Below are positions 33,224 through 44,002 of a stretch of 64,000 nt of DNA, piece after piece. A program made the position numbers and the translations under genes. Under the pieces are notes generated by a model. The model did not search any database. It was not told the origin of the DNA and saw only the letters and a list, made by a program, of their open reading frames with translations. Source of the stretch: Lachnospiraceae bacterium Phil5 (GTDB lineage Bacteria; Bacillota; Clostridia; TANB77; CAG-508); contig NWBM01000002.1 of the NCBI GenBank assembly GCA_002633185.1, forward strand, positions 322,950 to 386,949, given 5' to 3'. The stretch's first letter is position 1; the number at the start of each line of letters is the position of its first letter.

Positions 33224-35422
33224 TTATTTTTTCTTTTTTAAAGATATTATACTATATCCCCCAAATGACATAACTGTTATCACATTAAATACTGTATAAT
33301 CATTTGATCCTGTCTTTGGTAATTCTTTTGCTTGTTTGTATACTATTTTTTCTACTGGTTTTTCTACTATTTTTTCTACTTCTACAAGCTTTTCTTTTTC
33401 TACTGGAACTTCTACAACTTTCTCCACTTCAACTATTTTTTCTTTTTCAATTGGTACCTCTACCACCTTTTCAACTTCTTTTATTTTTTCTACCTCTACT
33501 GGCACTTCAACTATCTTTTCTACCTCTACTGGTATCTCAACAGTTTTCTCAACTTCAACAGGTACCTCTACTATCTTTTCAACTTCTACAGGTACTTCAA
33601 CCTCCTTTTCAATTATTCTATCAACATAAACAACGTAAATCTTCTTGTTTTTTACTGTAATCTCTGTTGTTTGATTGTTTTTTACAACAATGTTATAACT
33701 TTCATCTTGCAACGCATATCCATCTTTTGCTTTTGTTTCTTTTAATACATATTTTCCTTCTACTATGTCTCTAAATAAAACTTCGCCTTTTTCATCTGTT
33801 ACACCATTAGTAACAACTTCTCCTTTTTCATTTCTTAATTCAAATTTAACATTTGATAGTAATTCTTTTGGATTATCATAGTCAACTTTTATTACTTTTA
33901 TATTTCCTTTTTTCTTTACATTCTCAAGTTTTACTTTTGTTGTTTCACCCGCTTCTACTTTTACATCAACATTTTCCTGTAATAATATGTAATTGCTCAA
34001 AGTTTCTACTTCTTGGATTTTGTATTTTCCAATTTTTAAATTACTGAAATTTACAATTCCCTGTGCATTTGTAATACCTTCAGCAACTTTATTTCCAGAC
34101 TCATCTAATAGTCTTATTTTAACGTTTTGTAACTTTATTTTATTATTATCTTTGTCACATTTCTCAATAGTAATATTTCCTGTTTTAAATTCATTTTTTA
34201 TTTTAACTTCTTGTGTTTCACCATATTGCAAATTTACTGTAATCTCTTTATTTATCGGTTGGTAATTTGCTAATGCTTCAACCTCATTAATTTTTACAGT
34301 TCCTGGATATAAATTTGAAATTTCAATTTTTCCATTTTCATTTGTTGTATATGTATTTGTAACATTACTACTATTAGTTATTTTAAATTTTACTCCTTTT
34401 AAAGGTTTGCCTGTTTCGCTATCTGTTTTAATAATAACAAGCTTTGATTTATTTGTTATTACATTAACTTCTGCACTAGCATACATATCTGAATATTCTT
34501 CACTGCATAATGCATAGTCTTGAAATCCTGAAACTTCACTTTCTCCATAGTAAATTGGATAATTTTTCTGTAATGCTTTCACTGTGATTTTTCCACTTAT
34601 ATCTTTACTTATCTGATTTTTAGGTATCATAATTTTAAAATTTTCTCCACCTGTAAAACTTGTTTTTTTATTTCCTTTTGTATCTGCAACATATGCACCT
34701 GTTGGTAGATTTTCAATTTTTTCTACTGTATATTCTGAAACGTTTGAGCTCGAAACAATTTTAAATGTTTGTGAATAATAATTATCATTTTCTTTTATAA
34801 AACCTGTTGTATTTTGTATTGATAAATTTAACAAGTCTTTTCTGGTTTCTTTTCCATTTAATCCTATATCAATTAATGAATACATTGCAGTTAAAGTTTT
34901 CTGACCTCTTCTTTGTACATCTGTAAAATTTTCTCCGTTTATTGCAAATTGTCCAACAGAATATAATTGTTTTGCCTGATCTAAAGTATATCCTCTAAGC
35001 ACACTATTTACAGCTTGCATTGTAGCAAAATAAGCATCATCAACTGTTTCAACACCTAATTCCTGTAAAGTTTTATTTGGATATCCATTTTTTAGAATTC
35101 TCCAAATTCTGTCATCATTTACTATTTCTTTTATTTTTACATTATATGTATCTTTTTCACCAAATACATAACCAACTCCTGGAGCTCCTGGACTTAAACA
35201 ATATGCAACATATTTTTTTCCATTTGTATCTGTGTAATATGTTGTGTTATATGTTAAATAAATCCAATTAGACCCATTCCACTTTTGTACACAATAATAA
35301 CCAAGTGGTCCTCTTTCAAGTGTTTTGCTTTCTCCTATTTTTGCAGCATTTACATTATTGCCTATTAATAAAATTTGAACTGCTACCGCTAAAACTGCAA
35401 ATATTCTTTTTATTAATTTCAT
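33224..35422 (-). CDS. LPXTG surface protein with thioester-like domain and SpaA/Cna-B repeats
   Basis: Signal peptide; AYCL..GYP..AT.QAV; repeated K.D..L.(G/N)VKF..T.E.G..E..A..Y domains; LPKTG + TM + KKKK. Confidence 0.85.
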   Translation of the reverse strand: MKLIKRIFAVLAVAVQILLIGNNVNAAKIGESKTLERGPLGYYCVQKWNGSNWIYLTYNTTYYTDTNGKKYVAYCLSPGAPGVGYVFGEKDTYNVKIKEIVNDDRIWRILKNGYPNKTLQELGVETVDDAYFATMQAVNSVLRGYTLDQAKQLYSVGQFAINGENFTDVQRRGQKTLTAMYSLIDIGLNGKETRKDLLNLSIQNTTGFIKENDNYYSQTFKIVSSSNVSEYTVEKIENLPTGAYVADTKGNKKTSFTGGENFKIMIPKNQISKDISGKITVKALQKNYPIYYGESEVSGFQDYALCSEEYSDMYASAEVNVITNKSKLVIIKTDSETGKPLKGVKFKITNSSNVTNTYTTNENGKIEISNLYPGTVKINEVEALANYQPINKEITVNLQYGETQEVKIKNEFKTGNITIEKCDKDNNKIKLQNVKIRLLDESGNKVAEGITNAQGIVNFSNLKIGKYKIQEVETLSNYILLQENVDVKVEAGETTKVKLENVKKKGNIKVIKVDYDNPKELLSNVKFELRNEKGEVVTNGVTDEKGEVLFRDIVEGKYVLKETKAKDGYALQDESYNIVVKNNQTTEITVKNKKIYVVYVDRIIEKEVEVPVEVEKIVEVPVEVEKTVEIPVEVEKIVEVPVEVEKIKEVEKVVEVPIEKEKIVEVEKVVEVPVEKEKLVEVEKIVEKPVEKIVYKQAKELPKTGSNDYTVFNVITVMSFGGYSIISLKKKK
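33340..33625 (-). repeat. Coding tandem repeat (VEKIVEVPVE)n stalk
   Basis: Imperfect in-frame repeats in the protein translation. Confidence 0.85.
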
Positions 35423-35472
35423 TAAATCAACATCCTTTCTTAACTTAAGTAATTTCTTGTTTTAAATTTATT

Positions 35473-36111
35473 TTATATTTCCACTCCTTTCACACATAGC
35501 CTGTAATTTGGCATTCCATTTATACAGGTTATTAATGTTATTGTATTTTTGTTTTCTAAATTAGTATTTGCTGTAACTGAACTCCAGTCATAACTCGCAA
35601 TTTTATATATTTTTTCAACCTTATATTTTTTACTTCCTAGCTTTGTTATGTATTGAATTTCATCATTTTCTTTCAATTTGTTTATATGTTCAAAAAAATG
35701 TGCATTTGTTCCACCATTATGAGATGCTAAAGAAACATTACCATTCCAATAGTCACTTTCTGTAAAATGTCCTATTGATGTTTTCATTACTTCTTGCGAT
35801 GTTCCTTCTTTTATTGGAGCTTCTATATTTAATTTTGGAATTCTTAAAATGCCTATTATTTCATCTTCAAGTAGAATATCCTCTTTTGTAATATTTTCAT
35901 TTTGTATTATTTCAGCTTCAATTTCATTGGTATCATTGCTAATTTCTTCAACCTTTTTATTATTAGCAATTTGAATTAACTGATGAGTTTGAGCTAAAAG
36001 TTGATTTGATTTTTTTCTATTTATAAATATTTTATAATTGTAAAATACTGCAGTACATATTGAAATGCTAAATGAAAGCAATATAAGTAACGCAATAACT
36101 ATCTTTTTCAA
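35473..36111 (-). CDS. Class D-like sortase
   Basis: IPKL...PI.EG, GH, LASHN, TLITC; adjacent to LPKTG substrate. Confidence 0.88.
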   Translation of the reverse strand: MKKIVIALLILLSFSISICTAVFYNYKIFINRKKSNQLLAQTHQLIQIANNKKVEEISNDTNEIEAEIIQNENITKEDILLEDEIIGILRIPKLNIEAPIKEGTSQEVMKTSIGHFTESDYWNGNVSLASHNGGTNAHFFEHINKLKENDEIQYITKLGSKKYKVEKIYKIASYDWSSVTANTNLENKNTITLITCINGMPNYRLCVKGVEI

Positions 36112-36410
36112 TTGCCACCTCCTTGTTGTTTAACTTTTTTTTGGAAATTAAGAATTAATACAGAATTTATTAATCCTTTTTTCGAATAAAAATTTTGAAT
36201 AAAAATCTATATATAAATTTTCGATAATTTGATTATAATTGGCAATATATAGAAAGTCAAGAAAAATCGTTCGACTTATTACGACAAAACTATGTCAAAT
36301 ACTATTTATTCCAATGTTTTTAACTTATATAAAAACGCCAAATGCGAAGGAATTTCTCCCTTCGCATAATCAAAATTTGTCTTTTAAACTATTATGCTTA
36401 AGTAAACAAT

Positions 36411-37643
36411 TTAAGCTTTTTTTCTTCTTAATATCCAGTTTTCTTCGCACTTAATTGGTAACATAATTTTCACGCATTGTCCGCTTCTACCTGGATTTAT
36501 AGTACTAATCTCTTCATCAGTTTCTTCATCCCATAATTTTGTAATTGTAAATTTATATGGTTCGATTTTATTTGGAATTAAAATTTCCATTTCATCTCCA
36601 ACTGTTAATTTGTTCTTAATTTCAACCAAAGATTTTTCTTCTTCATATTTTACTACTATTCCACCAAATTCATAATTTGGATTGTATTGTTTTCCTTCAT
36701 ATTCTTGGAAATCTTTGTTATTTCTATCATTAAAATAAAATGTAGTTAATCCACGTGTTTTTACTTTTTCTAATTCGTTCATATATTTACTATAATCATA
36801 ATTTTCAGGGTCAGCCATATAGTCATCAATTGCATTTCTGTATGCATTTACAACAGATGCTAAATAATATGAAGTTTTTAGCCTTCCTTCTATTTTTAAG
36901 CTATCTACACCCATTTCAATTATTTCAGGGATTTCTTTAATTAGACATAAATCTTTTGATGAAAATATATATGTTCCCTTATCATCGGCTTCTACTGGCA
37001 TTAGGTTTCCAGGATTATTATTTTCTTCAACATAAACATTATATGCCCATCTGCAGCTTTGTGCACAATCTCCTAAATTTGCGCTTCTTCCAGCTAGGAA
37101 ATCGCTTAAAAAACATCTTCCAGAATATCCAAAGCATATTGCTCCATGGACAAATATTTCTGTTTCTAAGTCTTCAGGTGTATTGTTTATTATTTCTTTT
37201 ATCTGTTCTTTATTCAATTCTCTTGCTAAAATTACTCTTTCTGCTCCATTTTTGTACCAGAAATTTGCAGTATGGCTACTTACTATATTGGCTTGTGTGC
37301 TTATATGTATCGAAATATTTGGTGCAACTTCTTTTATCGCTTCAACCACACCTCCATCTGCTACAATTACTGCATCAACTTGTAAATCTGATAACATTTT
37401 TGCTTGTTTTTTTATTTCTTCATAGCTTGTGTCCCATGCATAGATATTTATTGTTGTATAAACTTTCTTTCCAATTGAATGTGCATATTTTATTGTTTTT
37501 TCCAAATCATCATTTTGCATTTCTGCTCTTGTTCTTAATGATAATTCTGATGTTCCAGCATATATTGCATCTGCTCCATAAAGAAATGCTACTTTTGCTT
37601 TTTCAAATGATCCAGCTGGTGCTAATAATTCAGGCTTTTTCAT
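36411..37643 (-). CDS. U32 family peptidase (TrhP-like tRNA hydroxylation protein)
   Basis: KPELLAPAG, HISTQ, FVHGAIC..SGRC, G.CAQSCR, SLKIEGR. Confidence 0.9.
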   Translation of the reverse strand: MKKPELLAPAGSFEKAKVAFLYGADAIYAGTSELSLRTRAEMQNDDLEKTIKYAHSIGKKVYTTINIYAWDTSYEEIKKQAKMLSDLQVDAVIVADGGVVEAIKEVAPNISIHISTQANIVSSHTANFWYKNGAERVILARELNKEQIKEIINNTPEDLETEIFVHGAICFGYSGRCFLSDFLAGRSANLGDCAQSCRWAYNVYVEENNNPGNLMPVEADDKGTYIFSSKDLCLIKEIPEIIEMGVDSLKIEGRLKTSYYLASVVNAYRNAIDDYMADPENYDYSKYMNELEKVKTRGLTTFYFNDRNNKDFQEYEGKQYNPNYEFGGIVVKYEEEKSLVEIKNKLTVGDEMEILIPNKIEPYKFTITKLWDEETDEEISTINPGRSGQCVKIMLPIKCEENWILRRKKA

Positions 37644-37816
37644 TCTTTTTTCTTCCTTTCATTTTTTATTTATTTTTACAATTATCTACATTTTAAAAAT
37701 CATTTTCTATTATATCACTTTACATAAATTTAGTAAAGGCATTTTTTATATCTTTACATTTTTTGTTTGTTCATATATAATTAGAAAAAATACTAATCGG
37801 AGGAACTATTTTACTA

Positions 37817-38398
37817 ATGAAAACTAAAGAATTGAAAAATAATAAATCGTTTATATTACGTGTTTTCAACAGACTTATGCCATATATTTTTTTGTTTTTT
37901 ATTTTTGCATTTTTAGGCTGGATATCTGAAACTATATTCTGCTTTGTTACAGCAGGTGAAACTGCAAAAAGAGGATTTTTATATGGTCCTATTTGCCCAA
38001 TATATGGCTATGGTGGATTAATTTTAATGCTTTATTTTTTTAAAAACTATTCTAAGCCTAAAAACTATTTTAAATTATTTTTCTTGTTTATACTCATCTT
38101 CTCTCTTTTTGAATATTTTGTTGGATTTACATTAGAAGCAATTTTTAGTGAAAGATGGTGGGACTATTCAGACAATGCATATAATATAAATGGTAGAATT
38201 ACAATACTTAACTCATTCCTATGGGGTGTTGCGACTGTTATATTTGCCAAATTTATATACCCACTAACTAGATGGTTTAAAGATAAATTATTACCTAGAA
38301 TTCCATATGTTGTTCAAATTACTATTGCAATAGTTTTATTAACAATATATGCTTCAGATTCATTACTATCTTGTATAAGATATTTGTATTGGAAATAA
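37817..38398 (+). CDS. Putative ABC transporter permease (CmpB/TMEM229-like)
   Basis: FLGW..E, RGFLYGPICPIYG.G, EY..G..LE..F..RWWDYS, N.NGRI. Confidence 0.85.
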   Translation: MKTKELKNNKSFILRVFNRLMPYIFLFFIFAFLGWISETIFCFVTAGETAKRGFLYGPICPIYGYGGLILMLYFFKNYSKPKNYFKLFFLFILIFSLFEYFVGFTLEAIFSERWWDYSDNAYNINGRITILNSFLWGVATVIFAKFIYPLTRWFKDKLLPRIPYVVQITIAIVLLTIYASDSLLSCIRYLYWK

Positions 38399-38434
38399 AT
38401 TTTTAATAGATTTTTAAGGAAAATTTCAAAAAAT

Positions 38435-39022
38435 CTACAGCTTATAGCTTACTGCAAGTCCATCACCAACTTCAAGTATTTCTGTTTTCAAATTCGCATC
38501 TTCATTAACTCTTGCAATATATTCTCTTAAATTTCTAACTGCGGTACGCTGTTTGTGTTTATTATAGTCACTCATTACATAGCCTTTATATAAAACATTA
38601 TCTGCAATTATTACCCCTTTATCATTCAACATTCTAAGCGCTTGTTCTAAGAAAAATGGGTATTTTCCTTTTGCAGCATCTATAAATACTACATCATATT
38701 TATCATCTAGGATTGGTAAAATTTCTACCGCATCTCCTTCATATAGATGTATTTTATCTTGCACTCCCACTTTTACAAAATTTTCTTTTGCTTCTGCTAT
38801 CCTTTCTTCTTCTCTTTCTATTGTATCAATTTTCCCGCCTTCTTCTAAATATTCCGAAAAGCACATTGCTGAATAACCTACAGCTGCTCCAATTTCTAAT
38901 ATTTTCTTTGGTTTCTTTTTCTTTAATATTTCTGAAATTACTTCTAACGTATCATCCATTATTATTGGAATATGATTTTTTAATGCATTTTCTTTTATTT
39001 TTAATAATTCTACTTCGTTCAA
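38435..39022 (-). CDS. O-methyltransferase (TrmR/YrrM-like)
   Basis: IPII, ILEIGAAVGYS, FIDAAKGKY, ADNVLY.G; near U32 gene. Confidence 0.88.
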   Translation of the reverse strand: MNEVELLKIKENALKNHIPIIMDDTLEVISEILKKKKPKKILEIGAAVGYSAMCFSEYLEEGGKIDTIEREEERIAEAKENFVKVGVQDKIHLYEGDAVEILPILDDKYDVVFIDAAKGKYPFFLEQALRMLNDKGVIIADNVLYKGYVMSDYNKHKQRTAVRNLREYIARVNEDANLKTEILEVGDGLAVSYKL

Positions 39023-39046
39023 TTTTTATCCTCCCCTTATGGATTT

Positions 39047-39814
39047 TCAGCTGATTTTTCTGGAAGATTTTTGGGAAGTGTCACCAAAAATTTCTTTTAA
39101 TTTTAAAATACCCCACATTCCAATAAATGGGCATGTCATTTGTACTAAGCAATTTAATGGAGTAAACAATTTTCCTGTACTATGATATAAGCCAGATAAT
39201 GGAGTACCTGGAAAATCTTGTGAAATAAACATTAAATTACTTTCAAATCTTGTATTAAGTACATATGCTGGAATGCATAACACTAAAACTAGTGTAGCAT
39301 AATACTTTATATCCCAGAAACTTAATTCTATATATTTGTATTTGTTTACAATTATTCCTAAATAAATCATTGTTCCGTGAAAAAAGAAACTGTGTAAGCT
39401 TATAAAATGCAACATTGGGTAATCTGGTAATGAAGTTGATGGATATATTATAAATATTACACCAGCTACTATTGCACCAGTTGCTAAAAATACATCCCCC
39501 ATTCTTTTAAACATCCCTTTTCCGAATGAACTTAAAAGCCCTGAATATAATAATAAGCTGCAATAATATAAAGGAACTATTTTATTTATTTCTCTTCCCC
39601 TACCAATTGAAATTATAAATAAAGTTTTTAATATTTCTAAAATCCATATAATAATAGTACTTTTTCTTATTATTTTTTTCACATCATCTTGATTTGATAC
39701 TTTTGTGAATTTTACAGCGACAAAAATTAGTGCAATAGTACACAAAAACAAAATCAAATGTTTTTCATTATAAACACCACATGGTTCATATTCTCCAGGT
39801 TTTGATAAAAACAT
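39047..39814 (-). CDS. YwaF/YhhN-like integral membrane protein
   Basis: PLYYCS motif, H...FHG, N...SN.MFI; multiple TMs. Confidence 0.75.
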   Translation of the reverse strand: MFLSKPGEYEPCGVYNEKHLILFLCTIALIFVAVKFTKVSNQDDVKKIIRKSTIIIWILEILKTLFIISIGRGREINKIVPLYYCSLLLYSGLLSSFGKGMFKRMGDVFLATGAIVAGVIFIIYPSTSLPDYPMLHFISLHSFFFHGTMIYLGIIVNKYKYIELSFWDIKYYATLVLVLCIPAYVLNTRFESNLMFISQDFPGTPLSGLYHSTGKLFTPLNCLVQMTCPFIGMWGILKLKEIFGDTSQKSSRKIS

Positions 39815-39823
39815 GTTTATCTC

Positions 39824-40408
39824 CTACTCCTTATTTAATATTTTTAACAATTCTTTTAATGCGATAGCTCTATGTGATTTTTTATTTTTCTCTTCTGGCA
39901 ACATTTCTGCACTGGTTATTGTTTCTCCATTTGGAATGAATATTGGATCATATCCAAATCCATTTTCTCCTCTTGACTCTGTTGCAAGTTTTCCGTTCCA
40001 ATATCCTTCTGCGAATTGTTCTTTTCCGTTTTCGTCTATATAACATATGCAACATACAAATCTTGCATTCCTTTTACTTTCTTCAACACCTTCTAGTTGT
40101 TTTAACACATAGTTTGTTCTTTCTTCATCTGAACCTAAGTTCATATATCTTGCTGAATATATTCCTGGTGCACCATTTAAGTATTCTACTTCTATTCCGC
40201 TATCGTCTGCTAGCACTTGTTTATGTGTTAATTTATATATTGCTCTTGCTTTTAGCTCTGAATTTTCTCTAAATGATGTTCCTGTTTCTTCTACTTCTAT
40301 ATTTATTCCTGCTTCTTTTTGTGAAATTACGTTGTAACCTAATGGTTCTAATATTTTTTTGAATTCTTTTATTTTTCCGGGATTGTTGCTTGCTATTATG
40401 ATATCCAT
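39824..40408 (-). CDS. rdgB: dITP/XTP pyrophosphatase
   Basis: ASNN.GK..E, ADDSG, PGIYSAR, GFGYDPIF, KSHR. Confidence 0.95.
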   Translation of the reverse strand: MDIIIASNNPGKIKEFKKILEPLGYNVISQKEAGINIEVEETGTSFRENSELKARAIYKLTHKQVLADDSGIEVEYLNGAPGIYSARYMNLGSDEERTNYVLKQLEGVEESKRNARFVCCICYIDENGKEQFAEGYWNGKLATESRGENGFGYDPIFIPNGETITSAEMLPEEKNKKSHRAIALKELLKILNKE

Positions 40409-40609
40409 TTTTTCCTCCTAAAAATTAAATCTTTAATTATTATACACGAATATTGGATTTTATTCTATATTTTTTGAAGATTTTTTATAATTTTTGTCAA
40501 ATTATGACGAACGAAGTACCCTTGATACATCTTGTTTTGAACCATATTCTGTTATATAATATACACATCCTTTTCATAAAGGAACTCTTTTATGGAAGGA
40601 GGTGAATTT

Positions 40610-40699
40610 ATGTCATCCTTTGACTTAATTTGGAGATTAATCATTTTATTATTATCAAAAAATAGTAATAAAACAGATGAAACTTCAAAAGAAGATTAG
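40610..40699 (+). CDS. Putative type I toxin peptide, 29 aa (MSSFDLIWRLIILLLSKNSNKTDETSKED), not in ORF track
   Basis: AGGAGGTG RBS inside a hairpin, hydrophobic N-half and charged tail, own promoter and terminator. Confidence 0.65.
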   Translation: MSSFDLIWRLIILLLSKNSNKTDETSKED

Positions 40700-40743
40700 T
40701 ACATAACTAATCAAAGAGCAGCCTAGCCAACTGCTCTTTTTAT

Positions 40744-40820
40744 ATGAAAAAGAGATATGTAGCCAACATATCTCTTTTTCGTGAACTTATGTCATTCTTT
40801 TGATTTTTTCGCTTTCGCTA
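40744..40820 (-). ncRNA. Putative antisense antitoxin RNA
   Basis: Perfect TTGACA-17-TATAAT promoter (40826-40854, minus), terminator 40746-40780, no ORF, complementary to toxin start region. Confidence 0.6.
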
Positions 40821-40901
40821 ATGTAATTATAACATCTATTACATTATATGTCAAACAAATTCAAATTATTCCTAATCAAACTTCTCGACATATTTCGACA
40901 A

Positions 40902-42725
40902 TTATTGTGCAGCATTTCTTCTTGCTTCTCTTTCTCTTGTCTTACTATCTAAAATAACTTTTCTTAATCTAATATTTAAAGGAGTAACCTCAACTAACTC
41001 ATCTTCACCAATAAATTCAATAGCTTTTTCTAGTGAGAATTGAAGTGGTGGTACTAAACGAAGTGCATCATCAGAACCTGAAGCTCTTGTGTTTGTTAAA
41101 TGTTTTTCTTTACATACATTTATTGCTATATCTTCGTTTCTTGAGTTGATTCCAACAATCATACCTTCATATACTTCAACACCAGCACCTATTAATAATT
41201 CTCCTCTTTCTTGAGCATTATATAATCCATAAGTTACTGATGTACCAGGTTCAAATGCAACTAAAACACCTCTTGTTCTAGACATTATTTCACCTTTATA
41301 TGGTTCATATCCTTCAAACATACTATTCATTGTTCCAACACCTTTTGTATCTGTTAAGAACTCTGTTCTATATCCAATTATACCTCTTGCTGGAATTTTG
41401 AATTCTATTTTTGTATGTCCCATTTCAGCTGGTTCCATATTTATCATTTCAGCTTTACGTCTTCCTAATTTTTCGATAACTGTACCAATTGAATCGTCTG
41501 GAACATTAACAACTAATCTTTCCATTGGTTCGCATTTTACACCATCAATCTCTTTGAAAATAACTTTTGGACGAGAAACTAATAATTCAAATCCCTCTCT
41601 TCTCATTGTTTCAATTAATACTGATAAATGTAATTCACCACGTCCGCATACCTCAAAGCTATCTGCTGAATCTGTTTCTTTAACACGTAGGCTTACGTTT
41701 CTTTCTAGTTCTTTAAATAATCTATCTCTAATGTGTCTTGATGTAATATATTGACCTTCTTTTCCTGCAAGTGGTCCATTATTTACACTAAATGTCATAG
41801 AAACTGTTGGTTCATCAATATCTACAAATGGAATTTTTTCTGGGTTGTTTATATCACAAATTGTGTCTCCAATATTGATGTCTGCAATTCCTGATAACGC
41901 AACTATATCTCCTGCTTGAACCTCTTCAACCTCAACTCTTTTTAATCCAACATATGTAAATAATTTAGCTATTTTACCTTGTATAACTTTATCATCTTGT
42001 TTGCATATTGCAATTGACATACCATTTTTTACTGTTCCTCTTTCAATTCTACCAACAGCAATTCTTCCAAGATAATCATCATAATCTATATTAGAAACTA
42101 ATAATTGAGCTGGACCTTCTATTTCACAATCTGGTGCTTTTATTGTATTAATGATTGTATCAAATATGCAATGAACATTATCAGATTCATCTTCTAAGTT
42201 CATTTTTGCTATACCATTTTTAGCTGATGCATAAATTACTGGAAAATCTAGTTGATCATCGTTAGCATTTAATTCAATAAATAACTCAATAACTTGATCC
42301 ACAACTTTTAATGGATTTGCACCTGGTCTATCTATTTTATTAATTACAACTATTGGTTTTAAGTTTAATGCTAAAGATTTCTTTAAAACTTCTCTTGTTT
42401 GAGGCATTGGTCCTTCAAAAGCATCAACCAATAATAAAACACCATCAACAGTTTTCAAAACTCTTTCAACTTCTCCACCGAAGTCAGCATGTCCTGGTGT
42501 ATCTACAATGTTTATTTTTACACCATTATACATAACTGATGTGTTTTTTGATAATATTGTAATTCCTCTTTCTTTTTCCAAGTCATTTGAATCCATTACT
42601 CTTTCAGCAACTTGTTCATTCTCTCTAAAGATATGACTTTGTTTTAATAATGCATCAACCAAAGTTGTTTTACCATGGTCAACGTGCGCAATTATGGCAA
42701 TATTTCTAATATTTTCGTTTTTCAT
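40902..42725 (-). CDS. typA: Translational GTPase TypA/BipA
   Basis: [37 protein letters not shown]. Confidence 0.98.
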   Translation of the reverse strand: MKNENIRNIAIIAHVDHGKTTLVDALLKQSHIFRENEQVAERVMDSNDLEKERGITILSKNTSVMYNGVKINIVDTPGHADFGGEVERVLKTVDGVLLLVDAFEGPMPQTREVLKKSLALNLKPIVVINKIDRPGANPLKVVDQVIELFIELNANDDQLDFPVIYASAKNGIAKMNLEDESDNVHCIFDTIINTIKAPDCEIEGPAQLLVSNIDYDDYLGRIAVGRIERGTVKNGMSIAICKQDDKVIQGKIAKLFTYVGLKRVEVEEVQAGDIVALSGIADINIGDTICDINNPEKIPFVDIDEPTVSMTFSVNNGPLAGKEGQYITSRHIRDRLFKELERNVSLRVKETDSADSFEVCGRGELHLSVLIETMRREGFELLVSRPKVIFKEIDGVKCEPMERLVVNVPDDSIGTVIEKLGRRKAEMINMEPAEMGHTKIEFKIPARGIIGYRTEFLTDTKGVGTMNSMFEGYEPYKGEIMSRTRGVLVAFEPGTSVTYGLYNAQERGELLIGAGVEVYEGMIVGINSRNEDIAINVCKEKHLTNTRASGSDDALRLVPPLQFSLEKAIEFIGEDELVEVTPLNIRLRKVILDSKTREREARRNAAQ

Positions 42726-42729
42726 TTTT

Positions 42730-43929
42730 CTACTCCTTTTTTAATTTCTCCTCCAAAATATCTCCTATAGAAGCTTTTCCTTCTTCTACTTCGGTTTTTA
42801 TTATTTCATTTGCTTCTGAATCTATTGTTGCTCCAATTTCATCAGATGTTCCTTCTAATTCTTTTATTGATAATTCAACTTTTTTGTTTTCAATATCAAT
42901 ATTGATTATTTTTGCATTAACCTTTTGACCTACTTTTAGCACTTCATCAGGTTTTGCTATTCTTTTTTCACTTATTTGTGAAATATGAACTAATCCTTCA
43001 ATTCCTTTTTCAATTTTAACAAATGCTCCAAAAGGCATTAAATTCATAACTTTTACTTCTACTATATCATTAACATGATATTTTTCAGCAAATACTTCCC
43101 ATGGATTAGGACCTTTTTTGTCATATTCAAGTTTTAGTCTTTTATTTTCTTTATCAAATTCTATAACTTTTACTTTAATCTCTTGTCCTACTTTTAATAT
43201 ATCTTCAGGCTTTTTATTTCTTTCCCATGTCATTCCAGATATATGTAATAATCCTTGAACTCCGTCTATATCAACAAATGCGCCATATGAGCTTAAGCTT
43301 GTTACTGTTCCTTTATACATTTTTCCAATCTCTACACTGCTCCAGAAAGCATTTTCTTTTGCTTGTTTCTCTTCATCATGTAGGATTTTTATTGAACCAA
43401 TGACTTTTCTATTTTCTTCATTGTATTCAATTACACGGAATGTAACCATTTTTCCCTTATAATCTTCTGGCTTCTCATCTCTTGGAATTGCTGATAATGA
43501 AAGTGGTATAAATATACGTATTCCTCTGTAATCTACTATTAAACCATTATCATTTACTGCTGTAACTTTTTCTGTAAATGTGCAATTGTTTTTTACTTTG
43601 CTTTCAAATTCTTGTTTGAAAATTTTTGCGTTTGCTTTTTTTGCAGATAGTAAAACATTTCCTAGTCCATCATTTAATTTTATAATATCAGCTGTTATTC
43701 TATCTCCAATTTTATACACCTTTGCTGGATCATCATCTTCATTGAATGAGAATTCAGTTCTTGGTATTATACCATCAGCTTTGTAACCTAAATCCACAAA
43801 AATTTCTCCTTGTGCAGTTATATTTATTATTTCACCAGTCACTGTTTGACCTACTCTAATTTCTTTTAATGTTTGATTTAATAATTCTTCAAAATTCATG
43901 TTATCCATCATATACTTACTTCCCTTCAA
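42730..43929 (-). CDS. rpsA: Ribosomal protein S1-like protein (4 S1 domains)
   Basis: Repeated S1 motifs (YGAFVD..GLLHIS, FGAFV..GLVHISQ); follows cmk. Confidence 0.85.
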   Translation of the reverse strand: MKGSKYMMDNMNFEELLNQTLKEIRVGQTVTGEIINITAQGEIFVDLGYKADGIIPRTEFSFNEDDDPAKVYKIGDRITADIIKLNDGLGNVLLSAKKANAKIFKQEFESKVKNNCTFTEKVTAVNDNGLIVDYRGIRIFIPLSLSAIPRDEKPEDYKGKMVTFRVIEYNEENRKVIGSIKILHDEEKQAKENAFWSSVEIGKMYKGTVTSLSSYGAFVDIDGVQGLLHISGMTWERNKKPEDILKVGQEIKVKVIEFDKENKRLKLEYDKKGPNPWEVFAEKYHVNDIVEVKVMNLMPFGAFVKIEKGIEGLVHISQISEKRIAKPDEVLKVGQKVNAKIINIDIENKKVELSIKELEGTSDEIGATIDSEANEIIKTEVEEGKASIGDILEEKLKKE

Positions 43930-44002
43930 TGTTAAACTCTTTATTGTTTTAAACTATAAATTTAACAGATGCTTAACAATTCAAAATTATATAATATTTT
44001 TA

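Noticed and set aside
33304-33745. Plus-strand low-complexity ORFs or a CRISPR-like array
   Set aside because: These are antisense shadows of the VEKIVEVP coding repeat; no unique spacers and no cas genes.
36956-37696. 246-aa plus-strand ORF and other short antisense ORFs in the track
   Set aside because: They overlap well-supported genes on the opposite strand, have shadow-like composition and lack an RBS.
36411-39022. U32/TrmR tRNA-modification genes (and rqcH) as dedicated machinery for the CGG recoding
   Set aside because: They are ordinary Firmicutes housekeeping genes; nothing in the sequence links them to the shift sites.
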